From Leucoraja ocellata (lineage: Eukaryota), in NCBI GenBank assembly GCA_036785375.1, contig JAWMAR010000059.1, forward strand, positions 7,192,001 to 7,256,000: a stretch of 64,000 nucleotides of DNA. The letters run 5' to 3'. How positions within the stretch are numbered: position 1 is the first letter of the stretch; each line of letters starts with the position of its first letter. The notes beneath the pieces are model-generated. The model was given only the letters and a program-made list of their open reading frames with translations. It did no database searches and had not been told where the DNA came from. Made by a program: the position numbers and the translations under genes. Positions 37,901 through 51,640 of the stretch are shown here, piece after piece.

Positions 37901-38251
37901 ATCCAAAATTGAAGCTGCGATCTCCCGAAGTTACAATTCTCCAGCCATCTACCCAGGAAATTAATAGCAAGGGCAAAGCCACGGTGGTTTGTCTCATCAC
38001 TGATTTCTACCCGGACAACATCAATATACATTGGTTTATTGATGACTTTAAACAATCCAAAGATGTTGCAAACATCCAGATGGATCCCAGCTCCCAGAGC
38101 GATGACGGGGGGATCACCTTCAGTATCAGTAGTCGCATTAGATTGGACGCCCGAGATTACGCAAAGGCCAAGCAAGTCGTGTGTGTAGTAGACCACTACA
38201 AGAATGGATCTATACCACAAACTAAACGTGTCACCTACAACATCAAACAAG
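37901..38251 (+). CDS. TRBC: TCR beta constant region exon 1 (Ig C1 domain)
   Basis: Polypyrimidine tract + cag acceptor; DPKLKLRSPEVTILQPSTQEINSKGKATVVCLITDFYPDNINIHW...TFSISSRIRLDARDYAK..VVCVVDHY...NIKQ, with G|GTGAGT donor. The KATxVCL...FYPD...SSR motifs are typical of C-beta. Confidence 0.96.
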
Positions 38252-38742
38252 GTGAGTTATCTAACCCCAATGTCTTGTACAACTGTAACATGACCTCCCA
38301 ATTTCTATACTCAGTTCTCTGACTGATGATGTACCAATGTAGGTCGATGTACCAAAATCCTTCTTCACCACCCTATTTACCCCAAGGAACAGAATGTTTC
38401 CGATAATATGGTGACCAAACTGAACACAGTACTATAAATGTGGACTCACCAATATCCTATGAAACTGTAACATGGCAAAGCAACTTCGATTCTCAATACT
38501 CTGACTGATGAAGGACATTGTGCCTAAAGCATTCTTCACCCCCTCCCCCCATCTTCCTTCGATGCCATTCTTGAAGAACATAATCGCAAAACAGGGTGAC
38601 TAAAACATAACACAATACTCCATATGTGGCCTCACCAATGTCTGTGCATCTGTAGCATAACCTTCCAAATTATATTCATATTTCTATTTTTTTTTTAGAT
38701 GTTCCCCACACTGTATAGAGTATATTTCTGTTCTCATAACGG

Positions 38743-38882
38743 AGCTTAAATTTCAAACAGTGCAAGCTGGGAAGCTGACTTCCCTCATTTGCAAAACTAT
38801 CCTATGTGGAATATTTATTTCAGTATTAGCTTGTAAAACCATTACATCCAACCCTCTCTCTCTGGTGGAATTAAGACCATGA
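38743..38882 (+). pseudogene. Degenerate duplicate of the C-beta transmembrane exon
   Basis: Reads ELKFQTVQAGKLTSLICKTILCGIFISVLACKT versus the functional EAKTQAMEAGKLTYMILICKSILYGIIASVLACKGK. Acceptor taacag changed to taacgg; no donor. Confidence 0.85.
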
Positions 38883-39249
38883 TTTTATAGTCTAAAATGA
38901 GGTATAAAAGGTTTACGACGAAGGTGATTTGGTCATGGTATATCTTTCCCTTACATTCGAAACATTGGCTCAATTTCCTGACTGATGAAGTTAAGCACAC
39001 TGTTCGCCTTCTTTGCCATTCTATCTACTTGTGTTGCCGTTTTCAGGGAGCTATCTACTTAAACTCAAATATCCTGGAATTATCGAGTCGTAGAGTATAT
39101 AACCCGATGATTGAGGGCATGTAGCACATTACCGGGGCAGATGATGGAGGCAGCTACGACAGTGAGGTTTAAGTGGCTGTTAGACAGGCACAGGGAAGTA
39201 CAGACATGCAAGGATATGGATCACATGCAGGCTGGTATGGGCAAAGGAA

Positions 39250-42200
39250 TAAATAGTTAAGACCAAAGTTGGACCCTTGAAAACTGAAACAGGTGAATTT
39301 ATTTTAAAGGACAAGGAAATAGCAGATGAATTGAACAGGTAGTTTGTATCCGTCTTCACGAAGACAGGCATAACCAATTTCCCTGATGTACTAGTGGCCA
39401 GAGGATCTAGGGTGGCACAGGAACTGATGGAAATTCACATTAGGCAGACAATGGTGTTGGCTAGACTAATGGGACTGAAGGCTGGTAAATCCCCAGTGCA
39501 TCCCAAGGTAGTTATTGAAGTGGATCTAGAAATCGTGGACACATTGTTGATCATTTCCCAATGTTCTATATATTCAGAATAAGTTCCTGTTGATTGGAGG
39601 GTAGCTAATGTTATCCCACTATTTAAGAAAGGTGGGAGAGAGAAAACAGTAAATTATAGAGCAGTTAGCCTAACATCTGTGGTGGGGAAGATGCTGGAAT
39701 CAAGCATAAAAGATGAAATGGCAGACGTTTAGATGGCGGTAACAGGATCGGTCTGAGTCAACATGGATTTATGATGTGGAAATCATCCTGACTATTCTTA
39801 TGGAATTTCTTGAAGATGTAACTACGAAAATGGACAATGGAGAGCCAGTGGATGTTGTGTATTAGGATGTCGTGTATGAACTCAAGGGGGCCAATATCCT
39901 GGCGGGGAGATTTGCAAAGGCTACTGGGGAGACTTTAAACTAGTATGGTTGGGGGGAGAGACACAAATTGGGAAAGCTAGCAGTCAGTGTGTGAGGCAGG
40001 GGGGCAGAGAATGGTAGCACTCTGACCCAAATGTAGGGGAGAGAGAAGAAAAATACAATAAACAGAGAATAAGAGAGGGTGGGTTTCTTAAATGTGTATA
40101 TTTTAATGAAATCATGGAAGATATTACAGCAGTGCTTTGGTAGGATAGATTGGAGGGAGGCTATTTGGGTGGAACTGAGAAATGGAAAAGGGGTAGCAAA
40201 AATTATAGGGGTGTATTATAGACCGCCAAATGGGGATAGAGAATTGGAAGAGCAAATATGTAAGGAGATTGTAGATATTAGTAGTAAGAACAAGGTAGTG
40301 ATTGTGAGAGATTTCAATTTTCCACACATAGACTGGGAAACACATTCTGCAAATGGGCTGGATGGGTTGGAGTTTGTAAAATGTGTGCAGGATAGTTTTT
40401 GCAGCAATACATATAAGTATCTACTAGTGAAGGGGCGGTGTTGGACCTCCTGTTAGGAAATGAGACGGGTCAAGTGGCAGAGGTATGCGTTGGGGAACAG
40501 TTCTGGTCCAATGATCAAAATACCATTAGTTTCAATATAATTATGCAGAGGGACAGAACTGCACCTAGGGTTGAGATTTTTGATTAGAGAAGGGCTAACT
40601 TTGAGGAGATGAGAAAGGATTTAAAAAGAGTAAATTGGGACAGTTTGTTTTATGGGAAAGATGTGGAAGAGAAATTGAGTACATTTAAAGGTGACATTTT
40701 AAGAGTACAGAATCTTTATGTCCCTGTTCGGTTGAAAGGAAATCGTAAAAATTGTAAAGAGCCATGGTTTTCAAGGGAAATTGGACCCTTGGTTCGGAAA
40801 AAGAGGGAGATCTACAATAATTATAGGCAGAATGGAGTAAATGAGGTGCTTGAGGAGTATAAAGAATGTAAAGAGAATCTCAAGAAAGAAATTAGAAAAG
40901 CTAAAAGAAGATATGAGTTTGCTTTGGCTTGTAAGGTAAAAGTAAATCCGAAGGGTTTCTACCGCTATATTAATAGCAAAAGGATACGAGGGATAAAATT
41001 CGTCCATTAGTGAGTCATAGTGGTCAACTATCTGCAGAGCGAAAAGAGATGGGGGAGATATTGAACAGTTCCGTTTCTTCGGTATTCACCAAGGAGAAGG
41101 TTATTGAATTATGTGCGGTAAGGGAAACAAGTAGAGTAGCTATGGAAACTATGAGATTCAAAGAAGAGGAAGCACTGACACTTTTGCGAAATATAAAAGT
41201 GGATACGTCTCCAGGTCCGGACAGGATATTCCCTAGGACATTGAGGGAAGTTAGTGTAGAAATAGCAGGGGCTATGGTAGAAATATTTCAAGTGGCATTA
41301 GAAACGGAATAGTGCCGGGGGATTGGCGTACTGCGCATTTTGTTCCATTGTTTAAAAGGGGGTCTAAGAGTAAACCTAGCAATTATAGACATGTTAGTTT
41401 GACGTCAGTGGTGGGCAAATTAATGGAAAGAATACTTAGAGATAATATATATAAGCATCTGGATAAACAGGGTCTGATTAGGAACAGCCAACATGGATTT
41501 GTGCCTGGAAGGTCATGTTTAACTAATCTTCTTAAATGTTTTGAAGATGTTACTCGGGAAATTGACGAGGGTAAAGCAGTGGATGTTGCGTATATGGACT
41601 TCAGTAAGGCCTTTGACAAGATTCCTCATGGAAGGTTGGTTAAGAAGGTTCAATGGCTGGGTATTAATGGTGGAGTAGCAAGATGGATTTAACAGTGGCT
41701 GAATTGGAGATGCCAGAGAGTAATGGTGGATGGTTGTTTGTCAGGTTGGAGGCCAGTGACGAGTGGGGTGCCACAGGGATCTGTGTTGGGTCCACTGTTG
41801 TTTGTTATGTACATCAATGATCTGGATGATGATGTGGTAAATTGGATTAGTAAGTATGCAGATGGTACTAAGATAGGTGGGGTTGTGGGTAATGAAGTAG
41901 AGTTTCAAAGTCTACAGAGAGATGTATGCCAGTTGGAAGAGTGGGCTGAACGATGGCAGATGGAGTTTAATACTGATAAGTGTGAGGTGCTACATCTTGG
42001 CAGAACAAATCAAAATAGGACGTACATGGTAAATGGTAGGGAATTGAAGAATGTAGATGAACAGAGGGATCTGGGAATAACTGTGCACAGTTCCCTGAAA
42101 GTGGAATCTCATGATAGATAGGGTGGTAAAGAAAGCCTTTGGTGTGCTGGCCTTTATAAATCAGAGAATTGAGTATAGAAGTTGGGATGTAATGTTAAAA

Positions 42201-43760
42201 TTGTACAAGGCATTGGTGAGGCCAATTCTGGCGTATGGTGTACAATTTTGGTCGCCTAATTATAGGAAGGATGTCAACAAAATAGAGAGAGTACAGAGGA
42301 GATTTACTAGATGATGCCTGGGTTTCAGCAACTAAGTTACAGAGAAAGGTTGAACAAGTTAGGGCTTTATTCTTTGGAGCGCAGAAGGTTAAGGGGGGAC
42401 TTGATAGAGGTTTTAAAATGATGCGAGGGATAGACAGAGTTGACGTGGAAAAGCTTTTCCCCCTGAGAGTAGGAACGATTCAAAGAAGGGCGCATGACTT
42501 GAGAATTAACGGACTGAAGTTTAGGGGTAACATTAGGGGGAACTTTTTTACTCAGAGAGTGCTGGCTGCGTGGAATGAGCTTCCAGTGAAGGTGGTGGAG
42601 GCAGGTTCGTTTTTATCGTTTAAAAATAAATTGGATAGTTATATGGACGGGGAGAGAATGGAATGTTATGGTCTGAGCGCAGGTATATGGGACTAGGGGA
42701 GAATATGTGTTCGGCACGGACTAGAAGGGTCGAGATGGCCTGTTTCCGTGCTGTAATTGTTATATGGTTTTATGGTTATATGGTTATATGGTGTACGTGG
42801 ACATTCAGAAAGCATTTGATAAGGTCCCACATAGAAGATTAGTGGGCAAAATTAGAGGAAACGTTATTTGAGGTAGGATAGGGATAGGGATAGGAAATTG
42901 GTTGTCAGACAGCAGACAAAGTGCAGGGATTAACGGGTCCCTTTCAGAATGGCAGGCAGTGACAGGTGGGGTACTGCAAGGCTCGTTGCTGGGAGTGTAG
43001 CTATTTACAACATACTTCAATAATTTAGATGAAGGGATTCAAAGTAACATTAGCAAATTTGCAGATGACTCAAAGCTGGGTGGCAGTGTGAATGGGTGCA
43101 TGGCAGATGCAGCTTAATGTGGATACATGTGAGGTGATGCGCTTTGGAGACAAAAAAACAGAAAGGCTGATTATTATCTGAATGGTGTGAAGTTGGGAAA
43201 AAAGAAATATACAAAGATATCTGGGGGTCCCTGTTCACCAATCACTGAAGGTAAGGATACAGGTACAGCAGGCAGTGAAGAAAGCCAATGACATTTTGGC
43301 CTTCATAACAAGAGGAGTTGAGTATAGGAGCAAAGAGGTCCTTCTGCATTTGCACAAGGTCCTAGTGAGACCACACCTGTAGTATTGTGTGCAGTTTGGG
43401 TCTGGTAGTTTGAGCAAGGACATTCTTGCTATGAGAGAGAGCAGTGTAGGTTCAGAAGGATGGTGGAACTGTCATATGGCGAAATAATGGAGCGACTGTG
43501 CTTCTATTCAGCGGCATTTAATAGGATGGAGGGGGGTCTAATAGAAACATATAAAATTATTAATGGATTCGACGATAGATATAGGAAACCAGCTGCTGGG
43601 GGAGTCCAGAACCAGGTGCCACAGTTTATGAATAAGGGGTAGTAGGCCAGTTCGAACTTAGAAGTGGAAAACGTTTTTTTCACACAGAGAGTTGTGAATG
43701 TGTGGAAATCTCGACCTCAGAACGCAGTGGATTCACTGAACTAAAAAGAGAGTTAGATAG
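39250..43760 (+). mobile_element. Older CR1 fragment split by a nested younger CR1 insertion
   Basis: The DVVYLDFQKAFDKVPH-encoding sequence breaks at about 39862 and resumes at about 42791. Confidence 0.8.
39880..42790 (+). mobile_element. Younger CR1 LINE, most of ORF2 with (TATGGTTA)n tail
   Basis: Successive ORF fragments cover the endonuclease (GVYYRPPN, DFNFPHIDW) and RT (QHGF, AFDKIPH, GVPQGSVLGP, YAD); same subfamily as the 2298-5390 and 6446-8722 copies. Confidence 0.92.
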
Positions 43761-43769
43761 AGCTTCATC

Positions 43770-44278
43770 AAGCTAGCTTTGGTGGTCTGGTGCTCGTCGG
43801 CGGGGTCATGGTCCAAGGGTAAGTAGGAGGAGGTGTCCGAGAGTTGGGGCGTGGCCTCAGCTTTGTAGAGATCGACGCGCCAGACTACCTCGACAGCTCC
43901 CTTGTCGCCTGGTTTGATAACCCAAACTGGGTTTTGCGGAATGATTTAATGGCAGTGCGTTCGGTGGGGGGGGGGGGGGGGGGGGGTTGGAGTGAGACAG
44001 GGGAGTGGAGAAATTGAGGCGGTTGACGTCGCGGCGGCAGTTCTGGACAAAGAGTTCCAGAGCCGGGACGTTACGAGGGGGGTTCCACGAGGAGGGGGTG
44101 CGTTGGAGACGGGGCTAGATATGGTGGCCTGGTGCTCGTCAGTGGGGTCATGGTCCAACGGTAAGTAGGAGGAGGTGTCCGACAGTTGGCGCGTGGCCTC
44201 AGGTTTGTAAAGATCGACGCGCCAGACTACCACGGCACCTCCCTTGTCGGCTGCTAGATATGGTGGCCTGGTGCGCGT
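43770..44278 (-). mobile_element. Penelope-like RT fragments (locally duplicated)
   Basis: ADKGGAVVVWRVDLY...RQLSDTSSYLPLDHDPT occurs twice. Confidence 0.75.
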
Positions 44279-46139
44279 CATAGAGCTCTTAGGGCTAGCG
44301 GAATCAAGGGGTATGGGGAGAACGCAGAAACTGGGTACTGATTGTGGATGATCAGCCATGATCACATTGAATGGCGCTGTTGCCTCGAAGCGCCAAATGG
44401 CCTGCACCTGCACCTATTTTCTTTGTATCTATGTAACTAAAAGTGTTTTATGAGAAAAATCCCGCGGATGATTGGGTTAACGTACGATGAGCAATTGACG
44501 GATTCTGGACCTGCTCTCGCTGGAGTTTAGATGGATGAGGATTTACCTGGAAAGGGTGGATGCGGAATGGTTGCTTCCATTAGTGGGAGAGTTGATGAAC
44601 AGAGGCCAGAGCCTCATAATAAAAGGTCGTAACTTTAGAAAGGAGATGATGAGCAATTTCTGTGGACAAAGCGTAGTGAATCTGTGCAATTCATTGCCAC
44701 ACAAGGCTGTGATGAGCAAACCAATAGAAATTTTAAAGGCAACGATTGATAGATTCTTGCTTAGTAAGGGTGTCAGGGGTTATGGGGAGGAGGAGAATGG
44801 GGTAAACAGGGAAAATAGATCAGCCATGATGAATGGCAGAGTAGACTTGATGGGACGAATGGCCTAATACTGCTCCTATAACTTATGAACATGAATTTAT
44901 GGAATCTCATTGAAATTTACTGAAAGTTAGATAGTCATAGTGGAAATAGGCCCTGCATCCCAACCATAACACATCAGCCAACATGTCCAAACTACACTAG
45001 TCCCACCTGCGTGTATTCGGTCCATATCCCTCTAAGCCTATCCTATATATGTACCTGTCTAAATGTCTCTTCAACTTTGCAATAGTATATACCTCAACTA
45101 CCTTTTCTGACAGCTCCTTCCATACATCCACCATCCTCTGTTTGAAAAAAAAATACCCCTCAGGTTCCTAATACTTATTTTCTCCTTCACCTTAAACTTA
45201 TGCCTTCGGTTTTTCGATTCCCTTACCATGGGCAAAGGACTACAGACATCTACCTGATCTATGCCTCGCATGGTGTTCTATTCTTATGATCCATATGAAG
45301 ATTTTGCCAATACTCGAAGGTCTGAGATGTAGGGAGAGGTTGTTTTGGCTAGGACTTTATTCATTGGAATGCAGGAGGATGAAGGGTGGTCGTATAGAGG
45401 TGTACAAGGCCATGAGAGAATTCGATCAGGTGAATGCACTGAGTATTTTACCCAGAGTAGGGGAATGGAGAACCAGAGGACATCCTGTAGGTTTATGGTG
45501 AAAGGAAGGAAAGGTTTAATAGGAACCTGAGGGATAATGTTTTTTTTACACAGAGGGATATGAAACGAGCTGCCAGAGGAGGTAGATGAGGGAAGTATTA
45601 TCATAATATCTTAGAGACATTTGACACGTCCATGGATAGAAAAGACTTACAAGGATATGGGCAACATGTAGGCAGGTGGGACTAGTATAGATGGGGCACG
45701 TTGGTCGGCGTGGTCAAGTTGCTCCAAAGGGCCTAATTCCACGATATGTGACTATATGATACTCTAACTGCAGATGATGAGTAACATACAAAACAAAACA
45801 TACGTAGTTTATGAGAATGATCCAGGGAATGATTGGGTGTACGTATGACGAGTGTTTTACAACATTGGGCCTTTACTCGCTGGATGAGGGTAGACCTCAT
45901 TGAAACTTAGTTGTAGCTTTGAGACACAGCGTGGACACAGGCCCTTTGGCACATCGAGGCCACGCTGGTCAACAATCACCCACATGCTAGTTTTGTTTCG
46001 TTTAGTGATACAGCATGGAAATAAGCTCCTTCGGCCCATCGAGCCTACGCCGACCAACGATAACCTGTACACTAGCTTAGTTTAGTTTAGTTTAGTGATA
46101 TAGCGGGGAAACAGCCCCTGTGGTCCACTGGGTCCACGC

Positions 46140-46352
46140 CAACCAACAGTCGCAAGTTCGATCCTACTCTAGGGACAATTGTTTAGGATCCAATTAACCG
46201 ACACACCCGCACATCTTTGGAATGTGGGAGGAAACGGCAGCACCGGCGTCACAGGTAGAACTTGCAAACTACGTACAGACAGCACACATTGGCAAATCGA
46301 AGCCGGGCCTCTGACGCTGCAACGCAGCAGGTCTACCGCTGCACCACTGTGC
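46140..46352 (-). mobile_element. V-SINE (HE1-like) copy
   Basis: Reverse complement has ggcacagtggtgcagcggtagacctgctg...ggcttcga and tgtacgtagtttgcaagttct. Confidence 0.65.
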
Positions 46353-46481
46353 CTCCTGTGCAGGCTGGTGGGAGTCTGGTATTGTGATGGATCGGGCTAA
46401 ATCCATAAATCTGTATTTTCTATGCATTAAATATGTAAATAATCTACTACTGACCAACGTGTTTCATATTTCTTCTTACAG

Positions 46482-46502
46482 AGACGTGTGGCATAAATAA
46501 AG
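46482..46502 (+). CDS. TRBC: C-beta exon 2 (21-nt connecting peptide ETCGINK with the interchain Cys)
   Basis: ttcttcttacag acceptor and G|GTGAGT donor; phase 1-1, in frame between exons 1 and 3. Confidence 0.9.
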
Positions 46503-49500
46503 GTGAGTGGCTTTACTTAAATACGGATTCCGTTATTATTTCAAGACTGTTTACACTTTGTGTGTCAGTGTTTAAACATGAATATCACAGAGTCATACAG
46601 AGTGCAAAAGGCACTTCGGCCTAACTTGCCCACACCAACCAACATGCCCCATGTATACTACGCCCCCCACCCCCCCCCCCCCCCCCCCACCCCCACAACC
46701 CCCACCCCCCCCCCCCTCCCCACGCTTGGCCCATATCCTTCGAAACAATTCCTATCCAAGCACCTGTCTAACTGTTTCTTAAACGTTCTGATAGTACCTG
46801 CCTCAACTACCTCCCCTGGCAGATCTTTCCAGATATCCACGTAGGAATATATCCGTGTGGAAAGTTGCCCCCCAGATACCTATTAAATCTGGCACACCTC
46901 ACATTAAACCGATGTCCTCTGGTTCTCGATCCCCTGTGCTTTTACCCGATCTATTACTCTCGCGATTGTGTACATATCTATTAAGATTACCCTTCATCCT
47001 CCTGCACGCCAAGGAATAAAATCAGGCTTTAAGTCCTGCTAACATCCTTGTAAATCTTTGCTGCATACTTTCCGGCTTAACAACATCTTTACCATAATAT
47101 GCTGACAAAACTGGACTCAATACTCAAAATGTGGCCTTCCCTATCTATGTATTGTATATCTGCTATATAAACTATGTCCTTGGTTCCTGATCACCCGATC
47201 TATTCCCCTCATGTGTAAGAACGAAATGCAGATGCTAGTTTAAACCAAAGATAGACAAAAAAATCTGGAGTATTTCAGCGGGTCAGGCAGCATCTCCGGA
47301 GAAAATGAATTGGTGACGTTTCTCAACACGAAACATCACCCATTCCTTCCCTCCAGAGATGATGCTTGTCCCGCTGAGTTACTCCACGTGTTTGTGTCTA
47401 TCTTATATTCCCCCCACGAATTTATATACCTCTACGCGATCATCCTCTTCCTCCTGCGCTCCTCGTAAATCTTCTCTGCAACAGCTCTAGTTGATTATAT
47501 AGAGACCAAAGCTGAACACAATACTGCAAAGGTGGCCTCACCAACATCTTATACAAATAACCATATAACCATATAACAATTACAGCACGGACACAGGCCA
47601 CCTCGGCCCTTCTAGACCGTGCCGAACACGTATTCTTTCCTAGTCCCATCTACCTGCACTCAGACCATAACCCTCCATTCCTTTCCCGTCCATATAACTA
47701 TCCAATTTATTTTTAAATGATAAAATTGAACCTGCCTCCACCACCTTCACTGGAAGCGCATTCCACACAGCTACCACTCTCTGAGTAAAGAAGTTCCCCC
47801 TCATGTTACCACTAAACTTCTGTCCCTTAATTCTCAAGTCATGTCCTCTTGTTTGAATTTTCCCTACGCTCAGTGGGACAAGCTTATCCACGTCAACTCT
47901 GTCTATCCCTCTCATCATTTTAAACACCTCTATCAAACACCACCTTAACCTTCTGCTCTCCAAAGAATAAATACCTAACTTGTTCATAAAGACCTAACGT
48001 GTTCATAAAGAATGTAACATGCCCTCTCAACTTCCATATTCAATACTTTGACGGTAGTCCAATATGCCAAAAGCGTTCTTGACACCCCTATTTACATGTG
48101 ATTCTACTTTCAAGGAACAACATATAACAGGATGACCAAAACTGAACATGATACTGTAAATCTGTCCTCATCAATGTCTTGTACAACTGTAACATAATCT
48201 CCCAATGTATATTATAATTTCTAATTTGGTCTTCGATGACAAATAAACGGTATTGTATTATTACTGTATTGCATCATCAGTCAGGGTATTGAGTATATCT
48301 CTGTTTTCTTAACAGAGCTAAAATTCTGACAAGGAAGCTGCGAATCTGATTTAGTAGTAGGTTTAGTATAATTGACTTTTAGTTAATGTACAAGTCCACC
48401 GCCGATTTTCCGATGCCCTGTCTGGATTATCCGTTTTGCCAGACCAGCCGAGATCACGGACTCCGAGAGGAGGACAACGGTACTGGCACAGTCCGCCTAG
48501 GCCGCTAGGAGCCGGATACGGGCCCCGCAAAGTCAGTCTCACAATTCTGCTATGGCAATTGTCCTGCTGTTTCCGGCCATGCCAAAGATCCAGAAGTTGC
48601 CGCAGGAGGCAAATTCAACCGGCCTATCAGCCATTAATGTCTCACTGAGATCGAGATGAGCTACCTTACCAGGCGTAGATGCCACATTTTGAGGGGGACT
48701 TCCGGGGACATATTTCAAGTGTCCTCTCGTACATTGTCTGGATTAAAAGACGTGCCGGACAACTAGTTGCTGTAAAATTGGGAGTAGGAACGGTTCCGTC
48801 CAAGCGCGCAGGAAATTGCAGATAATTGCGGATGGTACACAGACCACCACATAAACCAACTTCCTTACATTGATTGAATTTATACCTCACACCGGCTCAG
48901 CAAGGCCACCAGCATAATCGAGGACGAATTGAACCCTGGCCACTCCCTCTTTCCCACTCCCATCAGGCAAAAGGTAGAGACGTGTGAAAACGCACACCTC
49001 CAGTGTCGGGGTCAGTTTCTTCCGCGCAGTTATTAGGCAACTGAACCATCCTACTACAAATCCTGAAATACATCTACCTCACTGGAGAACCTTTCCTGGA
49101 CTTTATCTTGAACGAAAGTATATTCACATTATTCCCATTATCATGTATCTGTACACTATGGATAGCTTGGTTGCAATCTTGTATTGCCTTCCTGCTGACC
49201 GGTTAGCACGCACAAAAGTGTTTTACTGTACCTCGGTACACGTGGCAATAAGCTAAACTAAACTTAAAGAAAATTGGTGGTGGAACTGTATATGCCGCTT
49301 TCAGGGAGTTCGGACACGGTCACCAAGATCCCTCCGTACATCAATGCTGTTAAGTGTTGACAGTCAATGGAGTATTTCCCCTTACATTCGACCTCCCAAA
49401 GTTTAACACCTTACACTTGCACGGATTAAATTCCATTACCTATTCTCCGCTCGTTTCTGTAGCTGATCTATATCCCGCTGTATACATTGGCAGCTTTCTT

Positions 49501-49646
49501 CCCAGTCCGCAACGCCAGCGATTGTTAATTCATTATCATCTGTTGAGTTAAAGTGCCTATCCTACATTAGCAAGTAAGTATGTTATTGTTTAAACTTAAT
49601 TCCTAACTAAAGATGTTCATACCAAATTGTTATGTTCCCTTAACAG

Positions 49647-49753
49647 AGGCCAAAACACAGGCAATGGAAGCTGGAAAACTGACTTATATGATCCTGATTT
49701 GCAAGAGCATTCTCTATGGAATAATTGCTTCTGTGCTGGCTTGCAAAGGCAAG
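49647..49753 (+). CDS. TRBC: C-beta exon 3 (transmembrane, 107 nt)
   Basis: EAKTQAMEAGKLTYMILICKSILYGIIASVLACKGK has the conserved TM Tyr...Lys-Ser..Tyr pattern; taacag acceptor and AAG|GTAAGT donor. Confidence 0.95.
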
Positions 49754-51229
49754 GTAAGTAATTCTGGGGGAAAACATATTTTGTTATATATTTTTGAGTA
49801 TAGAAGTTGGGAAGCAATGTTAAATTTCTATAATTTGTTGGGGAAGCCATAGTTAGAGTATTGCGTTCAGTTTTCATCACTATGTTATAGGAAAGATGAT
49901 GTGAAGCTTGAAAGAGAAGATTTAGTAGGATGTTGCCAGGACTCGATCGACTGATCTATAGGGAGAAGTTGTGCAGGCTAGGACTGTATTCCTTGAAACG
50001 CAGGAGGATGAGGGGTGAACTAATAAAGGGGTACAGCATCTTGAGCGGAATGGACCAGGCAGACGCACAGAGTCATTTGCCCAGAGTAGGGGAATCAAGA
50101 ACCAGAGAGCATAGGGTTGAGGTGAGAAGGAAATGGATTTAATGGGAACGTACGAGGTAACGTTTTGATACAACGGGTGGTGGGTGCATGGAATGCGCTG
50201 CCAGAGGAGGTAGTGCAGGCATGTACTATCACAATGTTTAATAAATATTTAGACAAGATTACTGAAGTTTAGAGGGATGTGGACCAAACGCCGCCAAACG
50301 GCCTGTGTCCACGCTGACTTTGACTCTATATCCACATGCCTGTCACAGAGGTATGGGGTCTATTGTTCATTGAGGTGGGAATCATAGAGTTGTAGAGGCG
50401 GACAACACGGAAACTGATCTTTCAACTCAACATGCCCATGATGCCAAAGATGCCACATCTACACTAGTCTCACCAGACTGTATTTGGGCCATAACCATCT
50501 AAGCATATCTTATCCATGTACCTGTCGAAATAACATTGTGACAGTGCCTGCCTCAACTATCTCCTCTGGCAGCTCATTCCATATACCCACCATACAATGC
50601 TTGAATGTGCCTCAGGTTCTCAGTAACCCCCCCCACCTCCTACCTTAAACTATGCCCTTTGGTTCTCAATTCCCCAAACGTGCGCTCGCCATGTCTGCGC
50701 ATTCACCCTATCTATTCCCGTCATGATTTTATCCACCTCTATAAGATCACGTCTCATCGTCCTGCAGGCCAATGAATAAAGTCCTAGCCTGCCTAACCTC
50801 TCCCTGTGCTTGTGAGTCTTGGCAACATCGTGGTAAATCCTTGCTGCACTCTTTCCGATGTTAAACAAAGGGACACAAATTGCTGGAGTAATTTAGCAGT
50901 TTAGGCAGCATCTCTGGATTACATGGATAGGTGAGAAGTGTCTCGGCCCGAAACGTCACGTATCCATAATCTCCAGGAACAGATACATGGGCAGGGATGT
51001 TTTAGAGGGATATTTAGTTTTAATGAAGTTTATTATTGCACGTGTACCGAGGTACTATGACATTTTTTCGTTGCGTGCTATACAGACAGCGGAAGGACTA
51101 TACATGACTACAATTCAGCCATCCACAGGGTAAAGATAAAGGATTAAGGGAATAAGTTTAGTGCAAAGGTATAACATTGAAGTCCAATAAATTCACATTA
51201 AACATTGTTCGAACATCTCCAATTAGCTA

Positions 51230-51640
51230 GATGGGCGTCAGGGCCGCTCTCTCGTTGCTGAGAGGACGCTTCAGTTGCCTCATTACAGCTGGGAAGAAAC
51301 TCTCCCCGAAATTGGAGGTATGCGTTTTCAAAATTCTGTACCTCATGCCAGATGGGAGAGAGGGGAATTGGCAGCCACCGCGGTGAGACTACTCTCTGAT
51401 TATGCTGGTGGCCTTGCCGTGAAGTGTAATCGGTGTCCATGGAAGAGAGGTTGGTTAGCGTGCTGGTCTTTGCTGCGTCCACACCTCTGCGATTTCTTGT
51501 GGACTTGGATGGAGCTGTGCCCAAACCATGTTGTGATGCATCCCGCTAGAATGATTTCTACGGCACATCCATAGACGTTGGTGAGGGTTGTTGGGGACAT
51601 GCCAAATATTCTAAGCATTCAGAGGAAGTAGAGTCGTTGA
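51230..51640 (-). mobile_element. LINE 3' fragment (Rex1/Babar-like); related pieces at about 34070-34230, 48890-49260, 55760-56270 and 59810-60390
   Basis: LR.FGMSPTTLTN.Y.C.VE.IL.GCIT.WFG motif. Confidence 0.65.

Noticed and set aside
37901-38251. Immunoglobulin light-chain or other TCR-chain identity for the C domain
   Set aside because: A connecting-peptide Cys exon, a TM with Y...KS..Y and a short separate cytoplasmic exon fit TCR beta rather than IgL or TCR alpha/delta.
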